A stretch of DNA of 64,000 nucleotides from the human T2T-CHM13v2.0 reference genome, Homo sapiens (GCF_009914755.1 NC_060926.1), one strand, 5' to 3'; positions 25,513 through 38,484 are shown, counted from the stretch's first letter. Numbers and translations are program-made. Notes: generated from the letters alone by a model not told the origin.

Positions 25513-27393
25513 ATCTCATTGTGGTTTTGATTTGCATTTCTCTGGTTGGTGATGATGAGCATTTTTTTCATTTGTTTGTTGGCAGCTTGTGGGTCTTGTT
25601 TTGAGAAGTGTCTGTTCATGTCCTTTGTCTACATTTTAATGGGGTTATTTGTTTTTCGCTGGTTGATTTGTTTACTTTTTTTTTTTATAGATTCTATATA
25701 TTAGATTTTTGTTGGTGCATAGTTTGTGAATATTTTCTCCTATTTCATAGATTGTCTGTTTATTTTATTGACGGTTTCTGTTGCTGTGCAGAAGTCCTTT
25801 GGTTTAAGTAGGTCCCACTTGTCAATTTTTGTTTTTATTGCAATTTCTTTTGGGGACTTGGTCATAAATTCTTTGCCAAGGCTGATGTCAAGAAGGACAT
25901 TTCCTAAGTTTTCTTCTCAGATTTTTATAGTTTGAGGTATTCAATTTAAATCTTTAATCCATTTCATGTATATGGTAAAAGATACGGGTCTAGTTTCATT
26001 CGTCTGCATATGGCTAACCAGTTATCTGAACACCGTTTATTGAATAGGAAGTCCTTTCCCCATTGCTTATTTTTCTCGACCTTGTGGAAGATATCAGATT
26101 GTTGTAGGCATGTGGTTTTATTTCTGAGTTTTCTATTCTGTTCCATTGGTCTATGTGTTTGTTTTTGTACCAGTACCACAGTGTTTTGTAGACTTATAGT
26201 ATAATTTGAAGTCAGGTAGTGCAATATCCAGCTTTGTTCTCTTTGCTTAGGATTGCTTTGTCTATTTGGGCTCTTTTTTGGGTTCCATATGAATTTTAAA
26301 AGTTTTTCTTGAATTCTGTGAAGAATGATGTTGGTAGTTTAATAGGAATAGCATTGAATCTGTAAATTGCTTTGGACAGTATGGTGATTTTAATGATATT
26401 GATTTTTCCAATCCGTGAGCATAGGATGTTTTTTTCATTTATTTGTGTCATCTCTGATTTCTTTCAGCAGTGTTTTGTAGTTCTCCTTGTAGAAATCTTT
26501 CATGTCCTTGGTTAGCTGTATTCCTACATATTTCATTTTTCTTTGTGGCTATTGTAAATGGGATTGTGTTGTTGATTTGACTCTCAATCTGGATGTTAGT
26601 GATGTGTAAAAACGCTACTTTTTTTGTACATTTATTTTGTATCCTGAAACCTTGCTAAAATCGTGTATCCATTTTAGTAGCCTTTTGGTGGAGTCATTAG
26701 AATTTTGTAACACCAGTTAGAATGGCTATAACTAAAAAGACAGAAAACAACAGATGCTGGTGAGGCTGCAGAGAAAGAGGAACGCTTATACACTGTTGGT
26801 GGGAATGTAAATTAGTTTAGCCTCTGTGGAAAGCAGTTTAGAGATTTCCAAAGAACTTAAAATGAAACTACCATTTGACTCAGCAATTCCATTGCTGGGT
26901 ATATACCCAAAGTAATGTAGATCATTTTATCAAAAAGACATATGCACTTGTATGCTCAACACTGCACAATTCACAATAGCAAAGACATGGAATCAACCTA
27001 TGTGTCCATCAGTGGTGGATTATATAAGGAAAATGTGGTACATATACACCATGGAATGCTACACATCCATAAAAAAAGAATTAAATCGTGTTCTTTGCAG
27101 CAACATGGGTGAAGCTCAAGGCCATAATCCAAAGTAAATTAATATAGGGACAGAGAACTAGATATCACATGTTCTCAAAGTGGGAGCTAAACATTAAGCA
27201 CACGTTGACATAAACATGGAAACAATAGACTCTTAGGACTGCTAGAGGTGGGAGGGAGGGAGTGGAGTGTGGGTTGAAAAACTACCTACTGGGTACTATG
27301 CTGTCTACCTGGGTCCAATATACCCATGTAACAGTCCTATACATGTGCCCCCGTAACTAAAATAAAAGCTGAAATCAAACCAAAACAAACAAA
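25513..27393 (+). mobile_element. Primate L1 (L1PA16/17-like), 5'-truncated with 5' inversion: inverted ORF2 piece 25513-26709 (-), 3' piece 26710-27393 (+)
   Basis: The - piece ends at gcaaatcaaaaccacaatgagata and the + piece begins caccagttagaatggc, adjacent positions in L1 ORF2; 3' UTR and A-rich tail present; degenerate TSD aaatcttatatatc/atatctcatatatc. Confidence 0.92.
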
Positions 27394-27404
27394 ATATCTC
27401 ATAT

Positions 27405-29210
27405 ATCCTTCTTATATTTTAGGGTTGCTTTATTAATTTTGAATAGAGATACATTAAATTTTCTTGTGATGATTATAGATTTATTCTCTGTAATACTTTT
27501 TTTTTGTATTGTATACTTTGAAGCTGTATTCTTGGATACATAACTGCTCTATCTTTGTGTTCTATTGTTTTATCATTTGCTTTTTTCATCACTCTTCATA
27601 ATTTTTACCTAAAATTTAGCTTTTTGATTATTTACTACATTTTCTTTATTTTAGTATATTATCTGCCTGGTTAATCTTTATCCATTCCCTTCATTTTCTC
27701 CCTTTCTTTATACATTTATTGTCCATGTGTCACTTGTAAGCATGTTAGTTCTGGATTATAAAATAAGTCTCAGCTGATAATAGCTTTTTTAAAAAATTAT
27801 AAATTTAATTTATTTTATTAAATGATTAATGACATAGAATTACTTCCCTTATTTTTATATAAATGCATTTTCACTGAACTACTGTGTTTTTTGCTCTTTT
27901 GCTTAGTTTTTTATTTCCATAGGTTGTAAATAGTTATTTTTGTAAAATCTATAAGCTATATTTATAGCTTTTTATGCTTACATTGCACCTTAACATAATA
28001 CTAATTATGTTAAAATCTTCTAACTTTTTCATTAGCTTTTATAGTCTTTTTGAATCAGACAAAAGACGTAGACTTTTAAATATACACATATATATGTACA
28101 TATATACATACATGTATATACATATATATAAAAATATATGTCTACCAAATATATTTCCCCATTCTATCATTGTTGCTATTGTTATTTAAAATTAAAATTC
28201 TTCTATATTTTAAACACACATTTTAGGATTATTTCCTCTACTCATTAAGTGGATACACTAATAGAGTCTACCAAGTCATGTGCTCACTGTGGTTTCTTAC
28301 ATTCCATGGGTTCCTGTGTCTTTAGAACACTCTTTAGTAAAGAGTGTGTAAGTTGCAACTCATCGTGGCTCTTGCATATTTGAAAATGTCTTTTTGTGGT
28401 GCCCCACTTTAAAAATAGTTTAGCTGGGCATACAATTTTAGGGTGAAAATTATATTCCTGTTGAAGTCTTCAGTCAACATCTTTTGCTTTCTATTTTTTA
28501 CTCTGATGACAATTCTGCTGATATCTAATTGCTGTTTGGAAAGCAAACTGTTTTCTCTCTGGTTGGTTTCATGCATTTCTCATCTATAGTTTTCCGATGT
28601 TTCATATGGATATATTTTATATAAGCTTATTTAATAAGCTTAATGTCTGGTGGGTGCTTTCAATCTGAAGATTCTTCAATTCTGAAAAAACTCATTTGCT
28701 TTTTGTCTTTTAAAATATTGCTTCTTTCAAATTCTGTCATTTCTTCTTCTGGAACTTCTTATTCTATTCTAGATGAATTTTTGGAGCTTCAACTCTTACT
28801 CATATCTCCTCATTGTGCTATCATATTTTAACCCATATTTAGATGATTTACTCAGCAATATCTATTACTTTACTTATTATTTCTTTGACATATCCAGTTT
28901 AGAGTTTACCTTATTATCAGGAATTTTTATTTCAATGAATACATTTTTTAATTCCAAAATTTCCAATCAGTTCTTTTTCACATCTACATTTTTTTAAATC
29001 TCATTTGTTTCTTACTTATTTTATTTTTATGGCTGTTATAGCATTCTTTACTCATTTGAGGATTTCAAACATTTATTTTATATTCACTTTTATTTTGCTC
29101 TATTATTTGCATTTGCTTGGAATGAATTTGCCTTTTCATTGTTGATATTTTTGGTTGTTTTTCTTAGTATTCTTTTGCTTTTGTGTTTTGAAATTTTAGT
29201 TTTCCAGTTC
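27405..29210 (-). mobile_element. Highly decayed old L1 (L1ME-like) with (TA)n at about 28080-28140
   Basis: T-rich; tttgaaaatgtctttt...aaaaatagtttagctgggcatacaattttagggtgaaaattat and tttcttcttctggaac are old antisense L1 motifs. Confidence 0.65.
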
Positions 29211-29889
29211 TTTTTTCTCTTTCTCAATCTGTGCTTAGCCCTACCCCTCCACGGAGATAACGGGGTTCCTTCTAACCAGACCCCAGGGGTGCAGAAGCAC
29301 TCAGAGTGCTGGCTCCAGGGGCATCTTTAGGGCTGTCACTGGGTCAATGGGTTCCTTGGCTTAGGAGCTCATTGCTTAGCTAGATCTTTTTTCTTTCACT
29401 TCTCAGGTATGAATTTTCATATAAATTATAGCCAAGACCTGAATTTGGAGCCTTTTCTCTTTTCCTTTCAGAGTGGAAAAGAGATTTTAGAGTGGATTTT
29501 ATTTTTGTAAAATCTATACGCTATATTTACATTATATTATAAGGATATTGTATTATCCTTACGTTATAAGGATACAGCATATAGATATATAAGATATATC
29601 CACTACAGGAACCAGGACCAAAGATCCACCTTGTTCTAGTTCTTTACCTTATGCTGGGTGTTATTGGTACCTGTTTGTGCCTTTTCATGTACCTGGACTA
29701 AGAGCCCACAGGTTAATGGCTTTTATCCTTTTTTTGCTCTATGGTTTTTTCTTTCCTTTCTAAACTATGGGCATGTTTCTCTTGCTGTTGAGTGTGGATA
29801 AGTCTTTCACATAATTTGAGATACTTTGCCTTGAAGAAGAGGAGTCATTTTAAAGATTGAATCAAGTGCCATGTTGAAAACAAGCATAA

Positions 29890-30830
29890 TTTTATTTTTA
29901 CATATTTTTTAGAAGTCATGTCATGTTGATGGCCCTTAAGTTTACAGTCAAGAGAAATCCCTAGATCCTTCACAAATTGTATGCTGTCAACATGAAATTT
30001 CTTTGAATCCTGAAAGTTGTTCAATTATTTTAGTACTAAATGTGCTGTATTGCATTTGTCCTCATTCCTGTATAATGCTGTGATTGATGATTCAGTGATT
30101 CATTAGCAGACCTTCTGAACTCTGAGAACCTTCTGAACTCTGAGAACCACAGGCTCCAGGTCTTATAGGGTTTACTAAGAACTTTGACAAGGGCAGGGCC
30201 TGAGATAGAGCCATCCTATAGGTCTCCTAGAGCAGGGGTCACCGGCTCCTGGGCCACGGACCAGTACTGGTCTGCATCCTGTTAGGAACTGGGCTGCACA
30301 GCAGAAGATGAGCAGTGGGCAAGCAAGCAAAGATTCATCTGTATTTATAGCTGCTCCCCATCATTCTCATTACCACCTGAGCTCCACTGCCTGTCAGATC
30401 AGTGGCAGCATTTGATTCTCATAGGAGCATGAACCCTATTGTGAACTGTGTATATGAGGGATCTAGGTTGTGTGCTCCTTATGAAAATCTAATGCCTGAT
30501 GATCTGTCACTGTCTCCCATCACCCCCACCATCTATTTGCAGGAAAACAAGCTCAGGGTTCCCACTGATTCTATATCGTGTGAATTGTATACTTATTTCA
30601 TTACATATTACAATGTAATAATAATAGAATTAAAGTGCACAATAAATGTAATGTGCTTCAATCATCCTGAAATTATCCTCCACAACCCAGTCCATGGAAA
30701 AATTGTCTTCCATGAAATCCATCCCTGGTGCCAAAAAGGCTGGGACTTCTGCCTTGGAGATTGCTTTCCAGTTCCACATCCATCAGCTCTTCAGCACTAC
30801 TTGAATATGTTTCTTCCTCTAACCATGAAA
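29890..30830 (-). mobile_element. L3/CR1 LINE fragment, right part, interrupted by MER1A
   Basis: aagtttacagtcaagagaaatccctagatccttcacaaattgtatgctgtcaa...ttgacaagggcagggcctgagatagagcc...tagag [MER1A] attgctttccagttccacatcc...tcagcactacttg follows L3 consensus order. Confidence 0.6.
30233..30751. mobile_element. MER1A hAT-Charlie DNA transposon
   Basis: caggggtc...gccacggaccagtactggtc...gattctcataggagcatgaaccctattgtgaactg...ccctggtgccaaaaaggctgggacttctg; about 520 bp; degenerate 8-bp TSD tcctagag/ccttggag. Confidence 0.92.
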
Positions 30831-30869
30831 TCATCCAACAGTGGAAATGTGTTAAACAAGTCTGGATTT

Positions 30870-31070
30870 TGGAGGCAGACAGCATATTTGTTACAACGTA
30901 GGTTTCAAACTTGATGGTGCTGCTTACTGGATATTGGACCTTAAACAAGCTGTGTGATCTTCCTGAGCCTCATGTTTTCTCATGTAGCAAACGTAACTTA
31001 TAAAACAGATACTTGTGAGGACTAAATGAGAAATAGGTAAAGCATTGGGCCCACTGTCCTGCCTAAAAAA
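30870..31070 (+). mobile_element. MIR
   Basis: tttggaggcagacag...cttcctgagcctcatgttttctcatgtagcaaa...ttgtgaggactaaatgag. Confidence 0.65.
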
Positions 31071-31469
31071 GCCATCCTCCCTTCCTGTTGTCTACATTTA
31101 CTCAACGCCTCCCCCACAATATTCTTCATCTTGTCTCTGCATCTGGACTTGCACAAAATCAAGGCTTCCTGTGTCCACAGTGTGATCTCATTCCATGAGT
31201 CTCTGATTTCTAGTGACAGGTCAGGCCCTGCCTAGACCCTCCATCCACACAAAGGGGACAGCATTAGCAAAAGGAGTCATGGTGTAGGGGTAGTGGGAGT
31301 GCAGCGGAGTGCTTGGGAAGGGAGCTGCCATGCTAAGAAGTGAAAGCCATTCTGTAGGTCAGGGGAGCACTTCATTCTCAAAAAGGAAGAGTTGAAGTGT
31401 AATTAAATTGGTGCTACTTTGGGGTTTGACTGGGGGAGAAATGAGAAGAGCACCTCCCTCTTGGTACCA

Positions 31470-32000
31470 GCATGGTGCTAGCACAGGAGAGCTGAATGCT
31501 CTCCTGTGAGCAGCATGGCCAGCAGGGATGCAGAGGAGGGTTGGGAAGTAACTCAGGAGATGTCTTGAGGTGGAACCCACTGGACTCAGAGATCAGGTGA
31601 GTGGATGAGTGTATGGGAGGTGAACAACAGAGGAGGCAATAATTAATCTGAGTTTCTAGCTTGGGAAACTTTGTGATGGGTAAGACAATATTTCTACAAG
31701 TGTGGTCCCTGGCCTAGCAGACACAGGTCACCTGGGAACCTGTTAAAATTGCACATTCTTTGGTTTACTTCAGGTCTACCTAATCAGAAACTCTTGGGTG
31801 AGACTCAGAAATCTGGTATACGGAGCCCTTCAGGTGATTCTCATTCATGCTGAAGTCTGAGCACCATTGAGGGAGGTAATATGGGTGAAAAATCAAGTCT
31901 GGATGAAAAATGTGCTTGGTTTTGTATATTTTGGGGCTTGAGAAGGCTGTGAAACATCCAGGAGACCATGCCTAGCATGTGGTAATTGTGGGGCTAACCA
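31470..32000 (-). mobile_element. L2 fragment interrupted by MER5A
   Basis: actcaggagatgtcttgaggtggaacccactggactc...gagtttctagcttggg...gtgaaacatccaggaga. Confidence 0.55.
31688..31869. mobile_element. MER5A
   Basis: aagtgtggtccctggcctagcag...tcacctgggaacctgttaaaattgcacattct...aatcagaaactct...caggtgattctc...aagtctgagcaccattg. Confidence 0.85.
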
Positions 32001-34139
32001 GTGATTAAAGGAACTATTACATTTTTAGATATAAATTTGCTAGATCCAAGTATATAAATTTTGAGGATTGGTTCATTTTTCCAGGAGTTCTAATAATTGT
32101 ATTTTCCCAACTCAAATAATGTAGGAAAATTAAATAAACACTTTTGATACATTGCAGAGTTTCTTACCTTGTACTTCAGTTTGAAAAGATATTAAATGAA
32201 GAGAAAATAAAGCTTTTATTCCCTAAGCATAATTAAAGTGGTTGATTCAAATAATATTTGAATTTCCATTCTGGAATCAAATGCTAAACTGAACTTTAAA
32301 ACTACCTCTTGAGCAAAGAGAGGATATTTCTTCCTGACATTTCAGAAAGATATTTACATCCTGATGCCATTACACGTTGTAATTATGTAATTGCACATTC
32401 TAATTACATGATCACATATGTTATGCTAATTATATAATTAGACTTAATTACAACAATTGTGCCAATACATAGTATCAGAATCAAAACGAATGAATTAGAA
32501 AAACTAGGGTGTAAATGAGAATGACAAATTTTGTAAGAAAATCTTCAAAAAATTTAAAGCAGCAGATGATGGTCATTTCAAACGATTTAACTGATATGGA
32601 CATAAAGTACTGCCTTTGCTCACTGGCTATAACAAACCCTGAAATTTTGCTAAAATTGAGAAAAGATCACGTAAATTGAAAAATGTCGAAGAAGGAGAAT
32701 GTAAAGGGGAAAAAGAAGGAGAAAGAAGTAATGATGAGTGTGAAAAGGATTTAAACCGAGCAGAAAGAGTTCCTCTTCGCTCCTCATTTGTATTCTCCCT
32801 TATGCTTGGACAGTCATCAAGATTTTTTATCATATCTGAATTCCTGAGCTTTTGTCACTTAACTGCCAACTTGAAGATTCTGTGAATGGAACAATTCACT
32901 GTAATTATAATTATCTTGAACTTTTTCAGGACAGCAAATCTTTAGATAGTATCTCAAAACGTTGGAATGTTCATTTTCAAGTTTCAGCTCATCTTGATCC
33001 TGGGAAAATAAGAGTTTGCTAATAGTTATTCCTTTAATGTGGTGATTTGATCGCCTTTACTTATTTTTTAAGCCAAGTGTCTTAACTAAGAAAAAAGTAT
33101 ATAGGCTCCCCCCACCCCTCCCACAGTGGACTGCGAGTGCCCTGTTAGCAAACAACTGGTAAAGGAGGGCAGATCTTCCTTTAGGGGTTTTTCCCACAGC
33201 TAGCTACACAGCACAGAGATGGAAAAGTCATTTTAAAAAAATTGTAATTTTAATTGCATGTTCTCCTACAGATTCACCAAGATGGCCACTTTAATTTCCC
33301 AAGGGAGCCCATTTCCACCCTTCATAGAATATGGAGACTGTCTCCTGGCTGACAGAGAGCGTAGATTTATTCTCTTTCCTTTGGCTGTGCAGAAGTAACC
33401 TTGAACTAGCAGTTACTGCCTGGAAAATGAACAGACCAAATGCCTCCTATGTTTTATCCTCTCCTCATTAGGTTACCCAGAATATCTCACACCTTCTATC
33501 TTACCCCTCGTTTGTCCTAAGTAGATGACACATTCCTGTAGCTCTCAGGGTGGAAATGGAACCGGCATTCTCTGCGGGCAGATCATTATGCTGCGGCAGC
33601 ACTTCGCTTTCTGCCTTGCTTTGAGTGTTACAAGCACGTGAGTGTCAGTTCAGCCTTTATTACTTCCAGAGGTGGCTGAAGTCCATGCCTACAACCTCAT
33701 TTTCCAGTGCACAACACGGATAGAGCAGAAGTGCACAACCCTGAGCATCCCCTCCCCCAAGCGAGGTGCACCACAGGGTCATACGTGGGCTTGTGATAAA
33801 TGGTGTCCTGACTGGAAATAGAAGAGTCCAGCTGCATTTCAATTTGCTACCTGCCAAACGTGGACAATGCTGCTCTCTGTGCATTTGGCAATTTTGTGTC
33901 TGGGTGCTATCATCATTTACCATGTTGACTATCAGGATATACCAATTCTGGAATTGTCATAGGCCTCAGGGATTTCCTGGACTCAAAGACTTTATACCTA
34001 CATGGTGTCATATTCATTTTCTTGCTGTAATTCAGAATGATTAAACCCACCTTGTAAAAATAATGCTGAAATAGGATGTTGTGAAACATCGGTGAACTGG
34101 AAGCCAGCTTTCAATTGCTTGGAATTTTTACTGTATGTG

Positions 34140-34920
34140 AATTATTAGAGGAGTAGAAACTTTAGAGAATATATAGTATAAATGCTATGTTTTGGAGATG
34201 CACCTTAGTGTGGATTAAAGTGATCATCTTAGGTCACACAGTCAGTAGGTAGGAGGGCCAGAATTTGTGTCTTCTGAATTCTAACTCTGGGCTGTCTCCA
34301 TCATAACCCAGCCTCTCTCCTTTGACTCATGTTCATTCATTCATTCATGTACAAACCCATTTGTGAAATATCTTTTATTACGCTGAATGCTGAAGGAAAA
34401 ACAAAGATGAGTAACATGTGCTCATTTCTTTCTGGAGCATGTGGATTAATGAGACAGATGTAGCCACATTCAAATGTCCTAACGTTAAGGCAGAGTCGGA
34501 TAAAAGCCAAGGCAAGGTTAACAAAATGTGGAATGAGGCTGTGAGGGTGAAGGACAAGATCCTGGAAGACTTTGTGAGGGGCAGTTCTTTGAGTTTAGCC
34601 ACGTGAGAGGGATAGAATTTCAGTGTCAGCTGTAGGAGGCGTTCCAGGGAGCGTGAGCAAAGTCGTAGCAGTAGCGTGAAGACTGTGCTCCAATATCAGC
34701 AAGTCCTACATTTCACCTGGACCTAGAGGAGTTGGCAGAGGTAAGTTTTTGCCAAATGATGAAAGTCTTTCTTTTGGGCTGATCAGTTTTAATTTAGTCT
34801 GTAGGTAAAGGGGAGACATTGGAGATCGTTGATCAAGAGGGAAAAAGTCTTAAGGTATGATTTGTAAAGATCTGTCTGTCTATGGAGAATGGATTGGAAT
34901 GGGTAGATGGGAGTCAGGAA
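34140..34920 (-). mobile_element. MIR (about 34140-34310) followed by L2 (about 34325-34920)
   Basis: aggtcacacagtcagtaggt...tcttctgaattc; (ttca)n L2 tail at 34330-34348; tagtctgtaggtaaaggggagacattggag. Confidence 0.65.
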
Positions 34921-35519
34921 GCCCCCTTCACATTTCACCTGGCCGGTCCTACTTTCTCATGGTTCACGATCCTGCACACGGCTGACACCTCCTCCATTCA
35001 CAAGGGCCACTTCTGTCTGTCTTTCCCTTCTTTCCTTCTGTCTCACTTTCCCTGCTCCCTCCCTTCTCCCCTTCCCTCTCCATCACCTGTTTCTTCAGCA
35101 ATTACCTGTGGAATCTAACTGCAACTAAGTGCCGTGCCCTGTACCAGGCACAGACGAGAAGGACAGTGGTGGAACACACCCATGGGCCTGGAGGAGCATG
35201 CTCTGCAGAGGGACGGAGCAGCAGCTGATGGACATTAACAGCACTTGTTGAGGAGAGCATGGAGGATGGGCCCCAAATTCTGATCCACCCGAGAAGGGAC
35301 TGGGAAGGTGCTTGGAAGACTGGGCTGTCTCTCGGAGTCTTGAGGGTGAGCAGTATTTAGGACAGTGGATGGGGTGTGGAGGAAGGCCCTCCAGACAAAT
35401 GCAACCTGGTGTGCAGGGAACTAATCCAGTGAGGAGCCCTTTCAGGCAGGCAGGCGGTTGGGTGGACATCTCCATCCCTGGAACAATGCCTCTTCAACAT
35501 CCACACATCCCTGGCATGG

Positions 35520-36315
35520 TTCCAGAACATGACCTCCTTCCCTGGCAGTCTCTGCATTTCCCTAAAAGTCCCATCCAGACCAACGTTTTCCAAATTGTGT
35601 CACCCTTATGAGCATATTCCCCTTATCCTGCTCATTTATTTTTCTTCTAGTATTTCCCCATCTAAAATATTGTGACAGTTAACTTTATTTTAAAAAGTGT
35701 CTACATCCCATCCCCACCCCCACTCCCATCCACTCCTCACCTCCCTTTCCCCCACCAGCAGAACAGAAGGGCTTTTTGTTTTGTTCCTTGTTGGTTCCTG
35801 GCACCCAGAAGCTCTGATGTGCCAGTTGGCTGGGTACACCTTTGTAGAGTAGATTAGCAGGCCTCCTGCTCTCCTCTCTCCAAATCGATTTTGTTAGCTG
35901 GTTCTGCCACCTCTCCCCAGGAGCAACTCCCACCTCCATTCAGCCTCTTCTCCTGCCCTGCCCGAGGCTGAGGTCTTCCCTCACCCACACTCATCTCCAT
36001 CAAGACTTTACTCCATCAGTAAACCTTTCTCTTCTGCATCTCCAACTTCTCACTTTCCATCAGGTACTTCCCTTCAACATGCCCATATCTGTTCATAAAA
36101 CAAACACACAGACCATGTTCTACCTCCAAAATGTATGTCCTCATTAACAATTGCCATTGTTCTTCTGACCCCAACCAGGCTTCTTGAAAGGGACTCTTCC
36201 CCTGCCCTCCCAACTTCCTTACATCTCTGCTGTCCTTACCTGGCTCTCTCTAGCTGCACAATCAAGCGTAGTGGGAAGATCACCAGTGGCTTCCTTATAC
36301 CCAAGTCTGGTAGAC
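35520..36315 (+). mobile_element. L2 fragments
   Basis: ccttccctggcagtctctg...ttatcctgctcatttatttttctt...cagaagggctttttgttttgttc; pyrimidine-rich L2 body at 35960-36315. Confidence 0.5.
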
Positions 36316-36318
36316 GTC

Positions 36319-36767
36319 TGTTGCGAGCTGACTTATGCCCCTCAAAAAATATATGTGGATGCCCTAACTCTCAGTCCCTGTGGCTGTGACCTTCTTTGGA
36401 AACAGGGTCTTTCCAGAGGTAATCAAGTTAAAGTCAGATCATAATGGCTTAGGCTTGGCCCTTATCCAATGACTGGTGTCCTTATGAGAAGAGGGAAACG
36501 TGGACCCAGACACATAGAAGGCAAGATTGCCATGCAAAGATGGAGGCAAGTGCTCAAATGATGTCCAAAAACCCTTGAACACCAAGGGCTGCCAGGCATG
36601 TGCACGGAAGGGGCAGGGGAGGAGTCTACCCAGAGCCCGAGAGGAAGCGGGGCCGGCAGACACCTTTGTTTCAGGCTCCCAGCATCCAGGGCAGGAGGAG
36701 ATGCACCTCTGCAGCTGAAGCCATCTGTCTGTGAGGCTTTGTTTCAGCATTCCTGGGACTCGAAGAC
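36319..36767 (+). mobile_element. MLT1C-like MaLR LTR
   Basis: gtgaccttctttggaaacagggtcttt...gtaatcaagttaa...ccaatgactggtgtccttatgagaagagg...ccaagggctgccagg. Confidence 0.88.
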
Positions 36768-36919
36768 AGAATTTTTCAGACAGCATTTTTTTGCTTTAAG
36801 CTTAGTCAACCTCTGAACCACTGGGCAGAATTGATTCTTCTCTCCACTTTAGGATGCTTCCTCCTGCTTGGTCTTCCCTCCCCTCTGTCCTGCTGACCTG
36901 GCCCTTTCTGCTTGGCCTC

Positions 36920-37283
36920 TGATATGGTTTGGCTGTGTCCTCACCCAAATCTCATCTTGAATTGTAGCTCCCATAATTCCCATGTGTCATGGAGGGGACC
37001 CAGTGGGAGGTAATTGAATCATGGGTGTGGGTTTTTCCCCTGCTGTTCTTGTGATAGTGAGTGAGTCTCAAAAGATGTGATGGTTTTATAAAGGGCAGTT
37101 CCCCTGCACACGCTCTCTTGCCTGCCACCATGTAAGAGGTGCCTTTGCTTCTCCTTTGCCTTCCACCATGATTGTGAGGCCTCCCCAGCCATGTGGGACT
37201 GTGAGTCCATTAAACCTCTTTCCTTTATAAATTACCCAGTCTCTGGTATGTCTTCATTAGTAGCATGAGAACAGACTAATACA
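36920..37283 (+). mobile_element. THE1 (B/C/D-like) solo LTR
   Basis: tgatatggtttggctgtgtcctcacccaaatctc...agactaataca; TSD gcctc/acctc; TAATTGAATCA at 37011-37021. Confidence 0.95.
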
Positions 37284-38484
37284 ACCTCCCTTAACCACTT
37301 ACAACATTGGTTTTCCTCATGATTAAATAGAGAAATTGGAATGACATATTGTCAACAGGAAGTCTGACTTTCCGTTTTTTAAAAAGGTTTCAGCTAAAAT
37401 TAACTGGAACAATTATAGCCAGTTTCACCCCTTCTCCCAGTGATGGGGAGCAGCTTTGATGATAGGAATGGACCGAAGCTTCCATGTAGAATTTATCTAG
37501 ACAGTTCACGGGAATAGACAGGGGATAAACTGAATAGATTTCTCCCTCCTCTGTTGAACATATGTCTTATACAAATTAATCTGGCAGTGTAAGCAAGAGG
37601 TAGAAGGGTAGAGGATAGTGGTGGTTATTATGGTGATTGAAGGAAGAAATGTATTTTTTTTTCCCTAAGACCTCAAAAGGTAGAAAAATATATGAACCCT
37701 GGTGGATGGTGTCTGGAGGATGTCTGAAGCCCAGAAGAAAGAATTTTTAGGGCTTCTCAAATAAGGGCAAGCAGGCAGCTGATGTCTACTCCCTGGAGGC
37801 CCCATGTTGTTGGCTGTGGGAAGGAGACAGTAAGTAGGAGTCCTTTGGTACCTGGGCACCTGTCTTGGCTAATAGAGCAGGGCAAAATGTGTCAGGAAAA
37901 TGGGGTGCATGGGAGTCACCTGGGATGCAGGAGATGTGGGTGCAGCCCAGGCTCTGCCGCTCTCTTGCATGGGTGTGAAATGCCTCATCTTCCCCGGGGC
38001 CCCGCTGCACATAGAAAATGGAGAGGCTGGGCTGTCCCCAAGATTCCTGCTAACTTTTCACTTTATAAGTAACTCCTCACACCTTCCTCCTGAGCTACAA
38101 GCCCAGCTGTGTTCATGAGAGAGGAGGCAGCAAAGCAGATGAGAAATTAGGGAGGTTGTGGGGCCTGTCCTCACCTGTGTAAATGCTTAACTTTGAGATC
38201 TCAGCTATGTGACATTGACTCGGCTTCCTCATCTATATGGTGAGAGCACTGGACCAGAGAGGTGACCACTCCAGTTACTTCACAGTCCAAAGGCGGATTC
38301 TGTGGCTCTGTGTGTGCCCTCTTCATGGCATGGGGTGTGGGCACACTGGGACGTGTTCCTTGGCACGTGGCCGAGATGTCCCCTGCAGAGCGTCCCAGAC
38401 GTTGGTGCGGCTGATGGTGGGGGGGCCATCACAGACTCTGATCAGATGCACAGGACTTGGGGTTTCGAGGACATTCTCTGGGGA

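Noticed and set aside
30402-30914. 170-aa ORF
   Set aside because: Mostly translation of non-autonomous MER1A and adjacent CR1 remnant; no transposase motifs
32660-32770. Purine-rich Glu/Lys-coding stretch as a coding exon or processed pseudogene
   Set aside because: Short, low complexity, no recognisable protein, no poly(A) tail or TSD
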